Assembly: GCF_963921235.1 (NCBI RefSeq)
Contig: NC_086097.1
Coordinates: forward strand, 155,002,001-155,066,000
DNA: 64,000 bases
Source: Mobula hypostoma
Taxonomy: Eukaryota
Reading direction: 5' to 3'
Below are positions 61,246 through 64,000 of this stretch, one piece after another. Each line of letters starts with the position of its first letter. Position 1 is the stretch's first letter. Below the pieces are notes generated by a model that made no database searches, was not told where the DNA came from, and was given only the letters and a program-made list of their open reading frames with translations. The position numbers and the translations under genes were made by a program.

Positions 61246-61541
61246 AAACTTTAGAGTATTTTGGTCCATGTGTATCTGAAACCATCCCATATCTAATCCA
61301 TTGAACAGAGAGTGCAATTACCCTCCTTAGTTTGTTAATGAGCTTGCTTCATTTCACTGCTTGCATCTTTTGAAGCTTAATAACATTTTAATGACATGTC
61401 AGCAATGGTTGGAAACTGTTAATTTAATTCAGAACTGACAATTTCTACAAGCGCTAATCTTGCCTTTGAACGACAATGCAGAGAAAATGTGCCACCTTGT
61501 GTTACAGGTTGAAAATTACAACAAAACTGATCTGGTTTGAG

Positions 61542-61883
61542 GAACATAGAACATATAAAATTACAGCACATTACAGGCCCTTTGGCCCACAGTATTGTGC
61601 CGACCATGTAACCTACTCTAGAAACTGCCTATAATTTCCCTTGGGCACAGCCCTCAGTTTTTCTAAGCTCCATGTACCCATCTAAGAGGCTCTTAAAACA
61701 CCCTATTGTATCCACTTCCACCACTGCCACCAGCAGTGCATTCCAAGCACCCACCACTCTTTGTGTGAAAAACTTAACCCTGACATCCCCTCTGTACCCA
61801 TTTCCAGGCACCTTAAAACTATGCCCCCTCGTGTTAGCCATTGCAGCCCTGGAAAAAAGCTTCTGGCTATCCACATGATCAAT
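61542..61883 (-). mobile_element. CR1 3' end
   Basis: TRGHSFKV...FFTQRVVGAWNAL; tail aacatagaacata. Confidence 0.85.
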
Positions 61884-61884
61884 A

Positions 61885-63422
61885 CTCCAGAAGGAGGTGA
61901 TGGGCAGGGAGGGAGATAAGGTGAGAGAGGGAAAAGGGAATGGGGAATGCTGAAGGGGGTGGGGGTGGCATTACCAGAAAGTCAAGAAATTAATGTTCAT
62001 GCCATAATGTTGGAGACTACCCAGACAGAATATAAGGTGTTGCTCCTCCTACCTGAGTGTGGCTTCATCGCAACAGTAGAAGAGTCCATGGACTGACATG
62101 TCAGAATGGGAATGGGAAGTGGATTTAAAAGGGGCTTCCACTGGGAGATCCTGCTTTTTCTGGCAGACAGAGCATAAGTGCTAGGCGAAGCAGTCTCCCA
62201 ATCAACATCAGGTCTCACCAATATACAGGGGACCCCACTGGGATCACTGAATACAATAGATGACCCCAACAGACTTACAGGTGAAGTGTTGCCTCACCTG
62301 GAAGGACTGTTTGGGGCCCTGAATGGTAGTTAGGGAGAAGGTGAATTGGCAGGGGTGGCACTTGTTCCGTTTGCAAGCTAGTGCAAATCAGTAGAGTGGG
62401 ACGAATGGACAAGGGAGTCACGTAGGGACCGATCCCTACGGAAAGCAGAAAGTGGGGGGAGGGACAGATGTGTTTGCTGGTGGGATCCCATTGGAAATGG
62501 CGGAATTTAAGGAGCATTATATACTGGTGGGGTGGTAGGTGAGGACAAGAGGAACCATATAACTAGTGGGGTGACGGGAGGATGGGGTGAGGGCAGATGT
62601 GCACGAAATGGAAGAGATGTGGTTGAGGGTAGCATTAATGGTGGAGGAAGGGATGCCCTTTCATTGAAGAAGGAGAACCTCTCCTTCGTTCTGGAATGAA
62701 AAGCCTCATCCTGAGAGCAGATACAGCAGAGATGGAGAACTGAGAGAAGGGGGTGGCAAGTAACAGGGTGGGAAGAGGTATAGTTGATGAAGTTGACGAG
62801 CTCCATGTGGGTGCAGGAGGCAGCAGCGACGCAGTCATCAATGTAACGAAGGAAAAATTGGGGAGTGACACCAGTGTAGGTTTGGAACATAGACTGTTCC
62901 ACATAGCCGACAAAAAGGCAGCTTAGCCAAGATCCACAAGAGTATCCATGGCTACACCTTTTATTTAAAGGAAGTGGGAGGAGCCAAAGAAAAAATTATT
63001 GAGAGTGAGGACCAGATCTGCCAGACAGAGGAGAGAGGTGAAGGGGAACTGGTTGGGTCTGGTGTCCAGAAAGAAGCAGAGAGCATTGAGGCTTTCTTGC
63101 TGAGGGATGGAGGTGAATAGGGTCTGGACATCCATAGTGCAAATGAGATGACCAGGGCCAAGAAACCTGAAGTCATTGAAAAGATCAAGAGCGTGTTAAG
63201 TGTCACAGATGTAGGTAAGAAGGGGCTGAACTAGGGGGAATAAAACAGTCAAGGTATGCAGATATAAGTTCATGGGGGCCAGAACAATCCGAAACAATGG
63301 GTCTACCTGCACAGGCAGGATTATAGATCTTGCGAAAGAGGAAAAAACGGGAGGTGCAGTGTAAGGAAGCTATGAGGTTGTTGGTAGTGGATAGGAGATC
63401 CCCAAAGTTAATAAGGCCAGTG
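61885..63422 (-). mobile_element. Penelope-like retroelement (PLE) remnant: reverse transcriptase and GIY-YIG endonuclease
   Basis: Minus-strand motifs TMDVQTLFTSIP, LVLTLNNF, KGVAM and FLRYIDD, then GVIYCI...LYIGET...HL...EEQHLIF. Frameshifted, with stops. Confidence 0.88.
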
Positions 63423-64000
63423 TGTCACGGTCCCGACTGTTAATTCCCCATTTTCTCCTAATTTCCTTTGATTGTGTGACGTTCTCGACCATTAATTCCC
63501 CATTTTCTCCTAATTCCCTCTGATGGCGGCACACCTGGTTCTCAACAAGACCTGCAGCATAAAAACCCCAGCTTTGCATCCACTTGTTGCCAGCTCATTG
63601 TTTAGCCAGTGTGATAATTAATCTTCCCAGCTGCTTAGGATTGTGTATTCTAAGTTTTACTTCAGTACCGAGGTTTACCTGGGTAACTCCATTTCTCCGT
63701 GTCAAGATAAGGATTCTAAGTTTTATTTCAGCACCAAGGTTTACCTGTGTAACTCAGTATCTCCGTATCAAGAAAAGTATTGTCTACCGCTTGCCTTTCT
63801 ACGCTCCGTATCAAGATAAGTTTTGCCTGCCACCTGTTTTCCGTTCAGTGCCAGCAACGCCCTATGTCAAGATAAGTTCTGCCTGCCTCCTGCTTTCCCA
63901 TTCACCCTCCGGTTTGCTGTTCAGCTCCAGCCACTCTCACACCCTCGTCTGCATCTTAACTCAATCTCCATGCCAGTGTCCTGTGTTTGGGTTCACCCTG
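63423..64000 (+). mobile_element. LTR (probably Gypsy-type) inserted into the PLE, running off the window
   Basis: Starts TGTCACGG, TATA-like cataaaaacccc at ~63558, internal ~51-bp and ~65-bp tandem duplications. Abruptly interrupts the PLE RT. Confidence 0.65.

Noticed and set aside
600..63579. The many 60-175 aa ORFs in the ORF track as host genes
   Set aside because: They are LINE, LTR or PLE fragments, antisense frames of them, or chance ORFs in intronic sequence.

Overview
Vertebrate genomic DNA, about 40% GC by eye and dominated by repeats. The repeat set (HE1/V-SINE-like SINEs, CR1, Rex1/Babar, Penelope-like elements) points to a cartilaginous fish, probably a ray; this is an inference. 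The window holds the 5' part of a minus-strand collagen XXII gene (col22a1). The start-codon/signal-peptide exon is 46548-46671 (ATG at 46635) and the 567-nt VWA exon is 19066-19632; they join in phase 1 across a ~26.9-kb intron. A non-coding first exon may end at 60877. I found no downstream exons in 1-19065. Most of the rest is intronic transposon debris: CR1 and Rex1/Babar LINEs, a deleted chromodomain Ty3/Gypsy element with a 5-bp TSD, a second LTR at the right edge, a Penelope-like element (RT + GIY-YIG), a mariner derivative, a Tigger-like element and SINEs. The most notable non-obvious signal is a short Penelope-type terminal repeat present about 11 times. Its consensus is a minimal type I hammerhead ribozyme, and three loci have become inverted hairpins. 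This belongs to a known class of element, and I cannot support a wholly new biological system from this window. Repeat boundaries are approximate unless a TSD is quoted.
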